Positions 1-9,237 of a stretch of 64,000 bases of DNA are shown here, one piece after another (within the stretch, counting starts at the first letter, position 1; every line of letters begins with the position of its first letter). This DNA is from Candidatus Woesearchaeota archaeon (lineage in GTDB: Archaea; Nanobdellota; Nanobdellia; Woesearchaeales; GW2011-AR9). The DNA is taken from NCBI GenBank assembly GCA_016181265.1, contig JACOZP010000007.1:6560-70559 (forward strand), read 5' to 3'. The position numbers were made by a program, and so were the translations under genes. The notes under the pieces were generated by a model, which was not told the DNA's origin, searched no databases, and was given only the letters and a program-made list of their open reading frames with translations.

Positions 1-24
1 TTGCTATATAACGTATCATCTAAA

Positions 25-990
25 TCAAAGAGCAGCAACAATTCTCATCAACTCCTGTGCCAATTTCTGAGGATCATGACGGATAAGATTCCGTTGCAAT
101 GTATCTCCTTTCTGCACCTCTTTCAACCCACTGCCTAACAGATCAACGGAGACGACACGTGTACCAGTAAGATCACTCTGCACCAAATCCCCTTCTTGCG
201 CATACGCTTTGATCAATTCTTTCGGCGGTTTACCCTCATTCACGATCAAGAAATCAAAAACATCTTTACCGATATAATGTTGGATCTCACGGAGATAATC
301 ACTTACTTTAAATAGTGGTGTTTGACCACGTTTATTGATGAGGTTAGCCACGTAAATCTTCTTGGCTTGCGTATCCCGCAGCGCTTTACTGATCCCTTCC
401 ACTAAAAGATTAGGAATCAGCGAAGTATATAATCCTCCCGGACCGAGAATAATTACATCCGCATTCATAATCTCATCAATCGCTCGCTTGTTAACCTCAG
501 GAAAAGGTTCCAAAAAGATGCTCTTATATCCTTTGTGAATTTCTTCCGAAAGGTGTACCTCTTTTTCTCCCTCTAGTATCTTCTGATTATTAAGAATCAT
601 CTTTAGACGGACAGGATTAGTCGTCACCGGGATCACTTTTCCTCTGATTGATAAGATGCGACCAGCCTCATCCACCGCTTTTTCAAAACTTCCCGTTACT
701 TTCTCTAACGCGGAAAGAAGCAAATTCCCGAAACTATGCCCGCCTAACCCGCCATTCTCAAAGCGATAATTCATCAAGCTGCGCATCAAACGGCTGGAAT
801 CAGAAAGAGCAACAAGACACTGCCTGACATCCCCAGGAGGAAGAACACCCAACTCGTCCCTCAACACCCCCGTGCTGCCACCATCGTCCGCCATCGAGAC
901 AATCGCACTTAAATCAACGGGATAATTCCGTAAGCCGCTTAGGACAGCAAAATTACCCGTCCCGCCGCCAATGACCACAACTTTCTTCAT
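25..990 (-). CDS. YvcK/CofD-family protein (UPF0052; 2-phospho-L-lactate transferase-like)
   Basis: 321-aa ORF with ATG start. An N-terminal VVIGGGTG loop is followed by MADDGGSTG..LPPGDVRQC, the signature stretch of the CofD/YvcK family. Confidence 0.75.
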   Translation of the reverse strand: MKKVVVIGGGTGNFAVLSGLRNYPVDLSAIVSMADDGGSTGVLRDELGVLPPGDVRQCLVALSDSSRLMRSLMNYRFENGGLGGHSFGNLLLSALEKVTGSFEKAVDEAGRILSIRGKVIPVTTNPVRLKMILNNQKILEGEKEVHLSEEIHKGYKSIFLEPFPEVNKRAIDEIMNADVIILGPGGLYTSLIPNLLVEGISKALRDTQAKKIYVANLINKRGQTPLFKVSDYLREIQHYIGKDVFDFLIVNEGKPPKELIKAYAQEGDLVQSDLTGTRVVSVDLLGSGLKEVQKGDTLQRNLIRHDPQKLAQELMRIVAAL

Positions 991-1014
991 TAAAATCTAA
1001 AGACTCGGAAAATG

Positions 1015-1032
1015 TTATTTAAAGATTATGAA
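1015..1032 (-). promoter_or_regulatory. BRE/TATA-like box upstream of 25..990
   Basis: Coding-strand TTCATAATCTTTAAATAA is centred about 30 nt upstream of the ATG. It matches the recurring yCAyAATCTTTAAA motif. Confidence 0.45.
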
Positions 1033-1080
1033 TTTAGAGAACGGAGTATTAAGCTAAAAGAGAGAAGAAAAATAAAAAAA

Positions 1081-1686
1081 TTATTCCTCAACAAAATCAT
1101 CTAATTTTACAGAGAGTTCTTCATCCGTGCGCAATAAACCTTTCTTGCGCATGTATTCTCTGATCATTAAGTAGAATACTAGCCCTACTGACTTCTTCCC
1201 TTTATTGTTACACGGGACAACCAGGTCGATGTTGTTAGATTGATTGTTAGTATCACATAAAGCGATAATCGGGATACCTACTTTTGCTGCATCATTGACT
1301 GCATTTCTGTCCGGCCAAGGATCACAGACAACAATCACTTTTGGTTCAGTAAATGTATCTAAATTCGTATTCGTCAAGATACCTGGAGGATAACGTCCAG
1401 TAATAACATTAATCCCCGTTAATTTTGTCACTTGACGCAGAGCTTTCCAACCATTCTCCCTTCTGCTCACGATCAAGATGTCTTTCGGCTCATATTGTGC
1501 TAGCAGATTTGCTGCGAGAGCGATCCGTTCATCAATCTTCTTCAAGTTCAAGACACTCAAGCCATCTGGTCTTGTTTTGTAGATAAAATTAGACATATAT
1601 TTAGTCTTAAACTTCGTTCCGATATGAATACCGCTCTTAAGATATTCATTTGAATCCATCAATAGATTTTCTTGTTGTTCGGTCAT
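1081..1686 (-). CDS. rps2: 30S ribosomal protein uS2 (archaeal/eukaryotic SA type)
   Basis: 201-aa ORF. The blocks YLKSGIHIGT, VIVVCDPWPD and GIPIIALCDTNN are typical of archaeal uS2. Confidence 0.9.
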   Translation of the reverse strand: MTEQQENLLMDSNEYLKSGIHIGTKFKTKYMSNFIYKTRPDGLSVLNLKKIDERIALAANLLAQYEPKDILIVSRRENGWKALRQVTKLTGINVITGRYPPGILTNTNLDTFTEPKVIVVCDPWPDRNAVNDAAKVGIPIIALCDTNNQSNNIDLVVPCNNKGKKSVGLVFYLMIREYMRKKGLLRTDEELSVKLDDFVEE

Positions 1687-1867
1687 TTTTCATACACTCC
1701 TTGGGAGACAACGATCAAACAAGAATAAGAACTACTCTTGTCTGCGTTCTTTTTTGCCTCACGCAGCTCTATCCAGCTCCAAAGATCTGGACGTCGGCTA
1801 TAAAAGCTCAAAACGGAGAGCCATTTATAAAGATTTCTCCAAGAATAGTTCTCGTCAACCCGGATAA

Positions 1868-3019
1868 GTGTTAAAACTTAAAAGTGATAACAAAACCAAA
1901 AACTTAATAAACAAACCAAATTCTTTCCGAAATATGTTAGAATCTCTTGCTCATAAAACGCGTTATGGAATAGCTGCACTAGCCGCAATTACAACTCTCT
2001 CTCAACCTGTAGACAGCTATGCAAGACCACCACGTAATCCCTCTCAAGCAGTTGTATCCCCGCCGGTTACTGAAGCGTGCAACCTTGAGGCATTATACTT
2101 AGGAGCAGGCCAAGATCAAAGAACAATAAAGAGACTTCTCGGCCCACACTGCGCTAACCTCAAGAAGAACAAAAAGCCCGATTTTGAAGCAGCATTGGCT
2201 GCACTATGGGATTATAAAACTGATCACCGATCGGCTAGAAATCCCGCCGCCAAACAAGCAGAACGAGAACTGGTTAGAGAGTACCGCCGCAACCCTCATA
2301 AAACAACATTGAAAGAGTATATCAAAGACGCAGATAAAACAACCTCTCAGGTCTATGACTCATTAAATTGGTCAAAAGTCCGCGAAGCGTACCATCTATC
2401 TGCAGAAAAAACAAAACTTCTCCAAAAAGGATTAAAGACAATACGTGGAAAAGAGATCATCGCATATGGCATGACTGAATTATTTCCCAGTACTGACGGT
2501 AAAAGAAATACGAAGGTACTCGACTATCTTCTGCGCGAAGCCGGCGCAACATATCTTGAAAGCCTCCCTGCAATGTACGATAAATATAGTAGCTTTGGCA
2601 TGTGGCAATTTACTTCTTTCGCCATCTGTGATTCTCGAGATTGCTTAGAAGGCGCCTCAAAGATGAGCCGGGCGCTTCCTGCAAAATACCAAATTCCCGG
2701 TTCAGTCAATAAGCTCCGGGGAGACGACCACGTTGCCGCAGCCTATCTCTTCGCTGCAAACAATCTAGCATTACTCATCTCTAGGCTAACCCCCAAACAG
2801 CAAAAAAATCTGGAGAAACATCTCGAAACGACAGCGAAAAGAAAAGATGATGATCTAGTCCAATTTATCGCTACTGCACATCACCTGCCGGGAATTGCAA
2901 TCAGAAATGCACGCAGCTGGCTCACTGAAGGGACAAAAAAAGATTTCTCAGCATATAGCAAAAGAAAATTAAGACAGTACGCAACTAAAACAAAAAATAA
3001 TTATGCTGCGCTTCATTAA
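1868..3019 (+). CDS. hypothetical secreted protein (weak lysozyme-like/SLT-type motif order)
   Basis: The ORF opens with GTG at 1868. The first ATG, at 1934, gives a signal-peptide-like MLESLAHKTRYGIAALAAITTLSQPVDSYA. Later, GMTE .. FGMWQFTSF .. AAAYLFAANN resembles the E / GLMQ / AYNAG order of family-1 lytic transglycosylases; I cannot verify this here. Confidence 0.5.
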   Translation: MLKLKSDNKTKNLINKPNSFRNMLESLAHKTRYGIAALAAITTLSQPVDSYARPPRNPSQAVVSPPVTEACNLEALYLGAGQDQRTIKRLLGPHCANLKKNKKPDFEAALAALWDYKTDHRSARNPAAKQAERELVREYRRNPHKTTLKEYIKDADKTTSQVYDSLNWSKVREAYHLSAEKTKLLQKGLKTIRGKEIIAYGMTELFPSTDGKRNTKVLDYLLREAGATYLESLPAMYDKYSSFGMWQFTSFAICDSRDCLEGASKMSRALPAKYQIPGSVNKLRGDDHVAAAYLFAANNLALLISRLTPKQQKNLEKHLETTAKRKDDDLVQFIATAHHLPGIAIRNARSWLTEGTKKDFSAYSKRKLRQYATKTKNNYAALH

Positions 3020-3096
3020 AGCACAAGAAGAATCAGTTCTCCGTCCTGTAAACAATCTTTTTAACGCTCCTTCTCTTTTAAGAAACACATCTTCAG

Positions 3097-3999
3097 ATGA
3101 TACCATCACCTACCTCTTTATTCCAAGAAGCGCTTACTTTTGGCAAAGATCTTTCTCATGTCCTAAAAGAGGCAATAGCGCTGGGGATACAGCATCCAGT
3201 CAAAACCGCAATCATCGCTCAAGGCATTTGGCGTTGCCAAGATTCCTATTTTTCCGTACAACATGAACGCAATGAAAGCCCCTATTTTGTCTACGATGAA
3301 CACGACCGACGAATCCCGTTCCGGCCGCAAGAAAGCAGAACATACAATGATCTTCTCCCCCTTCTTTTGACCGTCCTTAAAACCGGAATCAAAGAACATT
3401 CTCGAAACGAAGTCCAACAGCTCGCAGATTGCTTTCTCACCGCAAACCAAATGGCGCAAGAAGTCTACAGAACATCTCAAACAATCATGCCACGCTTCAC
3501 TGTCCATCAGCAATGGGGACTTCATCTAGTTCAGTGGGTTGACTCACCCGTAAATTGTTGCCCAAGTTTACACGTTGCATTCTCTTCATTAATGTATAAT
3601 CTTCGTGAAGAGTTTATTCCCGCAGCACAACAGTCTGAGGCAGAACACTCACTCGAACGGATGGCCTCTGCCGTCTTATATACAAAACAACATGCTTTGA
3701 TTGATGTTGCCTTTGGTTTCCTTTGTGCAAGGATAGCGTTTGAACGACATTATGGGGCATTTACTGATGACCTTGCCGAACGAGCAGCGTCCCTCCAAAA
3801 AGAACATCCCTCAATTCCTTACCAAACAATCCTCGATCTCTACGAACAGAGCAGACAACGCTACCTAAGAGGTAGAACTCTTGCCGAGATTGTCAGCGAA
3901 CATCTCATAGAAAAGCAATACCCAAAAGTCTCGCGGGAAGAAGATCTTCGAGGGATTTATTTTGACACGCAAGAGAGAATCGTCAAAGAAAAAGAGTGA
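3097..3999 (+). CDS. hypothetical protein with PAP2_3-like motifs
   Basis: 300-aa ORF. CCPSLHVAFS and KQHALIDVAFG resemble the PSLH / HxxxD motifs of the PAP2_3 (AUR1-like) branch. No clear TM segments are visible. Confidence 0.45.
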   Translation: MIPSPTSLFQEALTFGKDLSHVLKEAIALGIQHPVKTAIIAQGIWRCQDSYFSVQHERNESPYFVYDEHDRRIPFRPQESRTYNDLLPLLLTVLKTGIKEHSRNEVQQLADCFLTANQMAQEVYRTSQTIMPRFTVHQQWGLHLVQWVDSPVNCCPSLHVAFSSLMYNLREEFIPAAQQSEAEHSLERMASAVLYTKQHALIDVAFGFLCARIAFERHYGAFTDDLAERAASLQKEHPSIPYQTILDLYEQSRQRYLRGRTLAEIVSEHLIEKQYPKVSREEDLRGIYFDTQERIVKEKE

Positions 4000-4075
4000 T
4001 AAGTCATTGTTTAGCTGCCGCTAAGCGATTACCGCGAGAACAAACATTTATTAACGATATAATTATCATTTCATC

Positions 4076-4570
4076 ATGGCCAACTCAGTGACACATGTCA
4101 TTGTCGCAATCGTCATTCTCGATCTCTTTCGACATTATGTTTTTGGTAAAAAACGCTTTCCACGATATCTGCTTGTCATTGGCGGAATTGCAGGGTTAGC
4201 TCCTGATATTGATGTTCCTCTGACCTGGCTTTATCACTTCTTTACATCCTCTACGACTGATCTCCATGGTCTCTTTACGCATAGTTTATTTTTTGTATTT
4301 TCGTTCTTAGGAATTGCGCTTTTATTCCAGTATTATAAAAATATAAAATGGGCGAAGATCTTTTATGTCATCAGTTTTGGCTGGTTCATGCACCTGATCT
4401 TGGATTGTTTGTATGGAGGATACAAAACATTTTTCTGGCCATTGCACTACGCCAGCAACTTTTGTCCGCAGTGGGGAATCCAAACTCATGCTGCAGATAT
4501 CGATGCGATTATCCTTGTCCTTTGGCTAATCCACGAAGAAGTCCACGAACGAATTAAAGATTATATCTAG
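4076..4570 (+). CDS. membrane-bound metal-dependent hydrolase, YdjM/DUF457-like
   Basis: 164-aa multi-TM ORF. N-terminal SVTHV, APDIDVPL and HGLFTHSL histidine/aspartate motifs are present. Confidence 0.55.
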   Translation: MANSVTHVIVAIVILDLFRHYVFGKKRFPRYLLVIGGIAGLAPDIDVPLTWLYHFFTSSTTDLHGLFTHSLFFVFSFLGIALLFQYYKNIKWAKIFYVISFGWFMHLILDCLYGGYKTFFWPLHYASNFCPQWGIQTHAADIDAIILVLWLIHEEVHERIKDYI

Positions 4571-4808
4571 ACCAGAATCTCTTGAAAAAAGGTAGAGAAA
4601 GAGTAGAAAGCACAAAACCAAGCGTCGGCACAATTGAATTAATGAATGGTTTTGGCAAGCCAGCCGTAAGGAAAAACAAGACAACAACGAAATATGTCAA
4701 GACGGCGATAATGAGTTTACGTGTAAGACTTGTCTCCCACGCTTTATCCAATTCTACTTTCTTATTTCGCTGCTCAATCGTTTGAACTCTTGAATCTAAA
4801 TCTTTCAT
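4554..4808 (-). CDS. small membrane protein, unknown function
   Basis: The track ORF 4554..4874 opens with GTG and overlaps the radB end. The first ATG, at 4808, gives an 84-aa protein with a coiled N-terminus and 2 predicted TM helices. Confidence 0.4.
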   Translation of the reverse strand: MKDLDSRVQTIEQRNKKVELDKAWETSLTRKLIIAVLTYFVVVLFFLTAGLPKPFINSIVPTLGFVLSTLSLPFFKRFWSRYNL

Positions 4809-4864
4809 AGTCTCATCAAATCGGCTGACTTTAAAATTCTTTTCTAAAAATAGTTCAATCCACC

Positions 4865-5542
4865 CTACCCACACACTTCTTCAATCCCCATTCCAACAAT
4901 CTTAAACTTTAATTCTCTCCCCTCCGGAAGTGAACGATGTTTTCGTAGGATCAAACCTCGGCAGGAATTAAACTTCTGTACCTCCAGCAAACATTTGGAG
5001 CCATATTTCAATAGATCTCCACCGACCATTTTAACCTTATCTTTACGTTCAAAATCCGCATAGACCTGATTCGTGATCAAGACTGGAATATTCTTCGTCC
5101 GCGCAATTTCTACCAGCTGTGCAAGCTGCTTTCCTAACGCTGAATTAACATCGTACACTTCTTCTGCCTGGCTCAACTCTAGGCGATAGAGCATTGAAAT
5201 AGAATCAACAATGATCAACCCCACATCATCAACTGCCAGCATTTTCAACCCACCAAAGATCGCTTTTTGGTCTTCAAACGTCACCGGATTCAGAAACATG
5301 ATTCTTTGTAGAACATCTTCATGGCGTGAACTTAGCTGTTTAATTCTTTCAACAGCAATTCCTCCTTCTGTATCGACGAACAACACCTTCTTCCCACTTT
5401 CCGCCATTCTAACTGCCGCCAATAAACAGAGATTCGTCTTCCCGGAACCAGAAGGGCCATAGATAGTCGTGATAATATCCGTATCATAACCCCCTTCTAA
5501 AAACAAATCAAGAAAATCTGCGCCGGACGATACTTTTGTCAT
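4865..5542 (-). CDS. radB: DNA repair and recombination protein RadB
   Basis: 225 aa. Walker A is GPSGSGKTN and Walker B-like is LIIVDS. It is a RecA-fold-only protein of the size typical of archaeal RadB rather than RadA. Confidence 0.8.
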   Translation of the reverse strand: MTKVSSGADFLDLFLEGGYDTDIITTIYGPSGSGKTNLCLLAAVRMAESGKKVLFVDTEGGIAVERIKQLSSRHEDVLQRIMFLNPVTFEDQKAIFGGLKMLAVDDVGLIIVDSISMLYRLELSQAEEVYDVNSALGKQLAQLVEIARTKNIPVLITNQVYADFERKDKVKMVGGDLLKYGSKCLLEVQKFNSCRGLILRKHRSLPEGRELKFKIVGMGIEEVCG

Positions 5543-5590
5543 AGATTCCTTGAATGTTTTGCAATTATAAATATTTAGAGAATGGAATGC

Positions 5591-6196
5591 CTATTTCTTC
5601 AGATGGTTAGCACAATTAAAGACTTCGTAATCATGTTCTCCGGAAAGGCCAACAGTGAGGATACTATATCCCGTATTATCATGACGATATCGCTTTCGTG
5701 TTTCCTCATCAAATGACTCGTTATCAATCCCTAACAATAAGGATTGAATCACACCACCATGTGCAACCACCATTATGGTTTTTGAAGGATATTGTAGGAA
5801 GAGATTATCATAAAAACTCAGTGCCCGTCTCTGTACATTAACAAGAGATTCACCTCTCTCTGGTTGAAAAAGATGAGAAGGAATACCAGACTCAACAATA
5901 CCTCGACGGAATTCAGAATAAGTCTTTCCTTCATAAACACCATAATCTCGTTCACGGAGTTGCCTAGTATACTCAACAGGCACATTTGGATGACGTGCAA
6001 GAATAAGTTGCGCTGTTTGAACTGCCCTTTCCAGATCACTTGCAAATGCTAAATCAATCGTTTCAGACGTAAATCGTTGAGCTACTTGTTCTGCCTGTCT
6101 CAAACCCGCCCCATTAAGAGGAATATTAGCATGACCTTGACATAATTCTAAACTATTCCAATCAGTCTCTCCATGCCTAACAATAATCAGTTTCAT
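5591..6196 (-). CDS. histidine phosphatase family protein (phosphoglycerate mutase-like)
   Basis: 201 aa. The N-terminal LIIVRHGETDWN catalytic RHG motif and a later VVAHGG are present. Confidence 0.8.
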   Translation of the reverse strand: MKLIIVRHGETDWNSLELCQGHANIPLNGAGLRQAEQVAQRFTSETIDLAFASDLERAVQTAQLILARHPNVPVEYTRQLRERDYGVYEGKTYSEFRRGIVESGIPSHLFQPERGESLVNVQRRALSFYDNLFLQYPSKTIMVVAHGGVIQSLLLGIDNESFDEETRKRYRHDNTGYSILTVGLSGEHDYEVFNCANHLKK

Positions 6197-6214
6197 AAAT
6201 AGAAAAAAAATAAT

Positions 6215-6234
6215 CTCTTTAAATAGATTATGAG
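6215..6234 (-). promoter_or_regulatory. BRE/TATA-like box upstream of 5591..6196
   Basis: Coding-strand CTCATAATCTATTTAAAGAG lies about 28 nt upstream of the ATG. Confidence 0.45.
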
Positions 6235-6278
6235 CCCTAAAGACAAACTTATAAAAGACAACTGCTTTTTCTCGTTAG

Positions 6279-7781
6279 ATGCAGCGAAAAACAGCATATT
6301 GGCTTACCGCCATCATCATCGTAACGTTCATTGCCCGTTTAGCCATAGCACAACTAGTGCCCAATTTCACCTATGAATCTTATTTCACTTTTCGACAAGT
6401 AGAAAACATCGCTGAGACCGGACTTCCCCTCTTTGAAGACGAATTATCATATGGAGGAAGAGAGATTACGTTCCTTCCTTTTTTTTACTATCTCGGCGCA
6501 CTCTTTACTTTATTTCTACCTCTAAATGCTGTTGCCACCATCCTCCCTAACCTACTGCTCGCCTTGCTTCCTCTGCTCGTATTCCTCATCAGTCGAACTA
6601 TTTCCAATAGTGAAGAAGGATCTCTCTTCGCAGCTTTCCTTGCTGGCTTCCTTCCAGTTGTCTTTGCTACTGCTAATAATTTTACGGTCGACACCCTCTT
6701 CATCCCGCTAGCATTATTCACGACCTATACTTTCCTAAAGATCGATCAACCGAGATATCTCTATCTCTTTCTCGGCTCGTTCCTGATCTGTTCCCTCACC
6801 AGCAATGCAACTTTCCTTCTGGTTATGGGATTTATCATCTATCTACTTCTCTCCATATTGGAAAATAAAAAAATAAGTAAAGGAGAGATAGAAGTTATTC
6901 TCTTCTCATCTTTCTTCTTCATCTGGACAGAGTTCTTGTTCTTCAAAAACCTTTTTGCCAAAGAAGGAGTGAAATTTGTGTGGCAGAATATACCACAAGC
7001 CATCCTTAGCCAATATTTTCCTCAGATCTCATTATTTCAAGCAATTATTCTCGTCAGTGTCATCCCTTTCATCGCAGGGATTTACATTGTCTACCAAGCT
7101 CTCTTCCAACTTCGCAACACCCGTGCTTTTCTCCTAATTAGTCTGGCGATCTCGACTTCTCTTCTAACGTGGTTCCGTCTTATCCAATTTCGCCTCTCTT
7201 TGATGTTTTTTGGAGTCCTCCTCACGATCCTTTTTGCAATGTTTTATGATGATTTTAGAGCCTACCTTGCTAAGACTAAATTGACAAAGAAACAGCAATG
7301 GATTGCTCCACTCCTCATTCTTCTTCTCTTACCAACAACGGTTCTTCCTGCCATCGCAAATGCTCTTCAGGTTCAAACGCCATCAGACAGTGAAATCAAT
7401 GCATTCATTTGGATTAAAGAACATACACCTCCCGAGACCGGCATCGTTTCCCGTCTAGAAGAAGGTCACCTCGTGACTTACTACGCACAACGTCGCAATC
7501 TGATGGATGACCGTTTCGGGACCGTCAGCGACGTAGGAACACGACTAGCAGATATGAACACCCTTTATCATACTACGCTCCAAACACTTGCTCTCGGACT
7601 ACTTAATAAATATGACCTCCAGTACATCATCTTGACATCACATAGTTTGAAAACAGAGGAAATCGACTCCCTGCGCTATCTCAACAAAAAATGCTTTGAG
7701 ATGGTCTATAACGAAGGGGACGAATATGACAATGGTGCGCGTATTTATCACGTTCGTTGTACGCTTCAGGAATCTCAATAA
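6279..7781 (+). CDS. GT-C fold membrane protein, STT3/AglB-like architecture with degenerate catalytic motif
   Basis: 500 aa with more than 10 TM helices plus a C-terminal soluble domain. First loop is ESYFTFRQVENIAETG..EDELSYGG (compare STT3 DPxFxYR..D..YPxG). WIKEHTPPETGIVSRLEEGH occupies the position of the WWDYG block. Confidence 0.5.
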   Translation: MQRKTAYWLTAIIIVTFIARLAIAQLVPNFTYESYFTFRQVENIAETGLPLFEDELSYGGREITFLPFFYYLGALFTLFLPLNAVATILPNLLLALLPLLVFLISRTISNSEEGSLFAAFLAGFLPVVFATANNFTVDTLFIPLALFTTYTFLKIDQPRYLYLFLGSFLICSLTSNATFLLVMGFIIYLLLSILENKKISKGEIEVILFSSFFFIWTEFLFFKNLFAKEGVKFVWQNIPQAILSQYFPQISLFQAIILVSVIPFIAGIYIVYQALFQLRNTRAFLLISLAISTSLLTWFRLIQFRLSLMFFGVLLTILFAMFYDDFRAYLAKTKLTKKQQWIAPLLILLLLPTTVLPAIANALQVQTPSDSEINAFIWIKEHTPPETGIVSRLEEGHLVTYYAQRRNLMDDRFGTVSDVGTRLADMNTLYHTTLQTLALGLLNKYDLQYIILTSHSLKTEEIDSLRYLNKKCFEMVYNEGDEYDNGARIYHVRCTLQESQ

Positions 7782-7783
7782 CC

Positions 7784-9205
7784 ATGAAACAGAAACAACC
7801 ATCGAAAACAAAAGGAATCGAAGAATCAAGACTTCTTCAGCACTGTCTCCAATATCAAAAGATCTATCTTCTTCTCCTCTTCTTCCTCCTCAGCGGAATG
7901 ATTATTTCCCATAACATAAGTGAAAATAAGCCCCTGTTCACGGGAGCCGAGAGTTATTATCATCTAACTTCTTCCCAAGCAGTCAGTTGGAAAACAGCCT
8001 ACTATTATCCTCTACATGTCCTAGAAGAAGCAGTTGGAAGCAATCTACTAATCATTTTTTCTCTCTGTCTAACAATAACGACACTTTTGATTATCTGGCA
8101 CGTTTTCAAAAAAATAGAACTATCACTTTTATTCACCGGTCTCTTCTCTCTCTTTCTGATTCTTACGCCGGCGTTCATGAAAAGTGCCACGACATTGTCA
8201 TCAGCAATGGTATTTCTGTTCCTCTTCAGCCTTTCCTTCTTCTTTTTCTTCCAGAAAAAGCCAGGCCTACGCTATTGTTCTATCATTACAAGCATCCTGC
8301 TCGCCTGCCTTGATCAATGGAGCGCTCTCTTCGCTTTCTTCATCTTTCTATTATACGCATTAAAGAATGAAAAGACAGAGCGTCGTGTGATCTGGGGAAG
8401 TATCATCGCACTCCTCACCTCATTACTATTTACCTCGCTAGTATCCAAAATTCCGTTTATCCTCGGCCCGTTCCATGCTTCTCAATTAGCACGGGATCTA
8501 ATCTCCGATTTTGGAGGATTTAGCGGGATGAGTTTTTTCATCGCCGCTCTCGCGCTGATTGGATTCATCATCTCCTGGCCAAAAAGAACAGCATACGCCT
8601 TACCTTACCTATCACTCCCTCTCCTTATCCCGGCCTATGTCTATAACACAGAAACAATCCTTCCTCTAAGTATCGTCTTTATCTTTTTCGCAACAGAAGC
8701 CGTGATCAATCTCATTAAACGACAATGGCAGCTTCCTACACTTCAGCAATTCACCCTCTTTCTTCTTCTCTTAGGCATAATCTTTTCCTCTTTAACATTT
8801 ATCTCCCGCTTAGAAACCGCTAGCCCGACCCACAATGATCTCCAAGTCCTTCAGTGGATGAAAGACGACTTAACCTCGTCCATCGTCGTCGCAACCTTTC
8901 CTGAAGATGCAGCTTATGTGCACTATCTCGCAGAAAAAGATACGTTCTTTGCCAGCTACGATCAAGATGCAGAAAGGGAGAAAGAAAATACCGCTATCAT
9001 CAGCGCGACATATATCCACCAGCTCTTTCCTCTCCTAGAGAAAAATAAGATAGAATATATCTATCTTTCAGAAGCTGCCACCAGACGTCTTCCTCCCGAT
9101 CAAGGACTTCCTTTCCTCTTCCAAAACGAAAGGTTTAAATTACTCTACTCAGCCGGAGGAAGCGCTATCTGGAAATTCGGTCCTCAGCCGGAGGGGATAG
9201 AATAA
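7784..9205 (+). CDS. GT-C fold membrane protein, second STT3/AglB-like paralog with degenerate motif
   Basis: The track ORF starts at TTG 7757. The ATG at 7784 lies 2 nt after the upstream stop. The protein is multi-TM with a C-terminal domain, and WMKDDLTSSIVVATFPEDAAY occupies the WWDYG-equivalent position. Confidence 0.5.
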   Translation: MKQKQPSKTKGIEESRLLQHCLQYQKIYLLLLFFLLSGMIISHNISENKPLFTGAESYYHLTSSQAVSWKTAYYYPLHVLEEAVGSNLLIIFSLCLTITTLLIIWHVFKKIELSLLFTGLFSLFLILTPAFMKSATTLSSAMVFLFLFSLSFFFFFQKKPGLRYCSIITSILLACLDQWSALFAFFIFLLYALKNEKTERRVIWGSIIALLTSLLFTSLVSKIPFILGPFHASQLARDLISDFGGFSGMSFFIAALALIGFIISWPKRTAYALPYLSLPLLIPAYVYNTETILPLSIVFIFFATEAVINLIKRQWQLPTLQQFTLFLLLLGIIFSSLTFISRLETASPTHNDLQVLQWMKDDLTSSIVVATFPEDAAYVHYLAEKDTFFASYDQDAEREKENTAIISATYIHQLFPLLEKNKIEYIYLSEAATRRLPPDQGLPFLFQNERFKLLYSAGGSAIWKFGPQPEGIE

Positions 9206-9237
9206 GCAGAAGCATACAACGAAAGAGTGGTTAATCA

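Noticed and set aside
1650-1874. 74-aa ORF in the uS2 upstream region, plus many 60-180-aa ORFs antisense to larger genes (for example 3163-3525, 6488-6721, 13438-13722, 17244-17444, 24925-25236, 31017-31553, 43698-44039, 52545-52952, 57980-58324, 60600-61067, 62417-62929).
   Set aside because: All are embedded in or opposite to longer ORFs with clear family signatures, and all have skewed composition typical of shadow frames.
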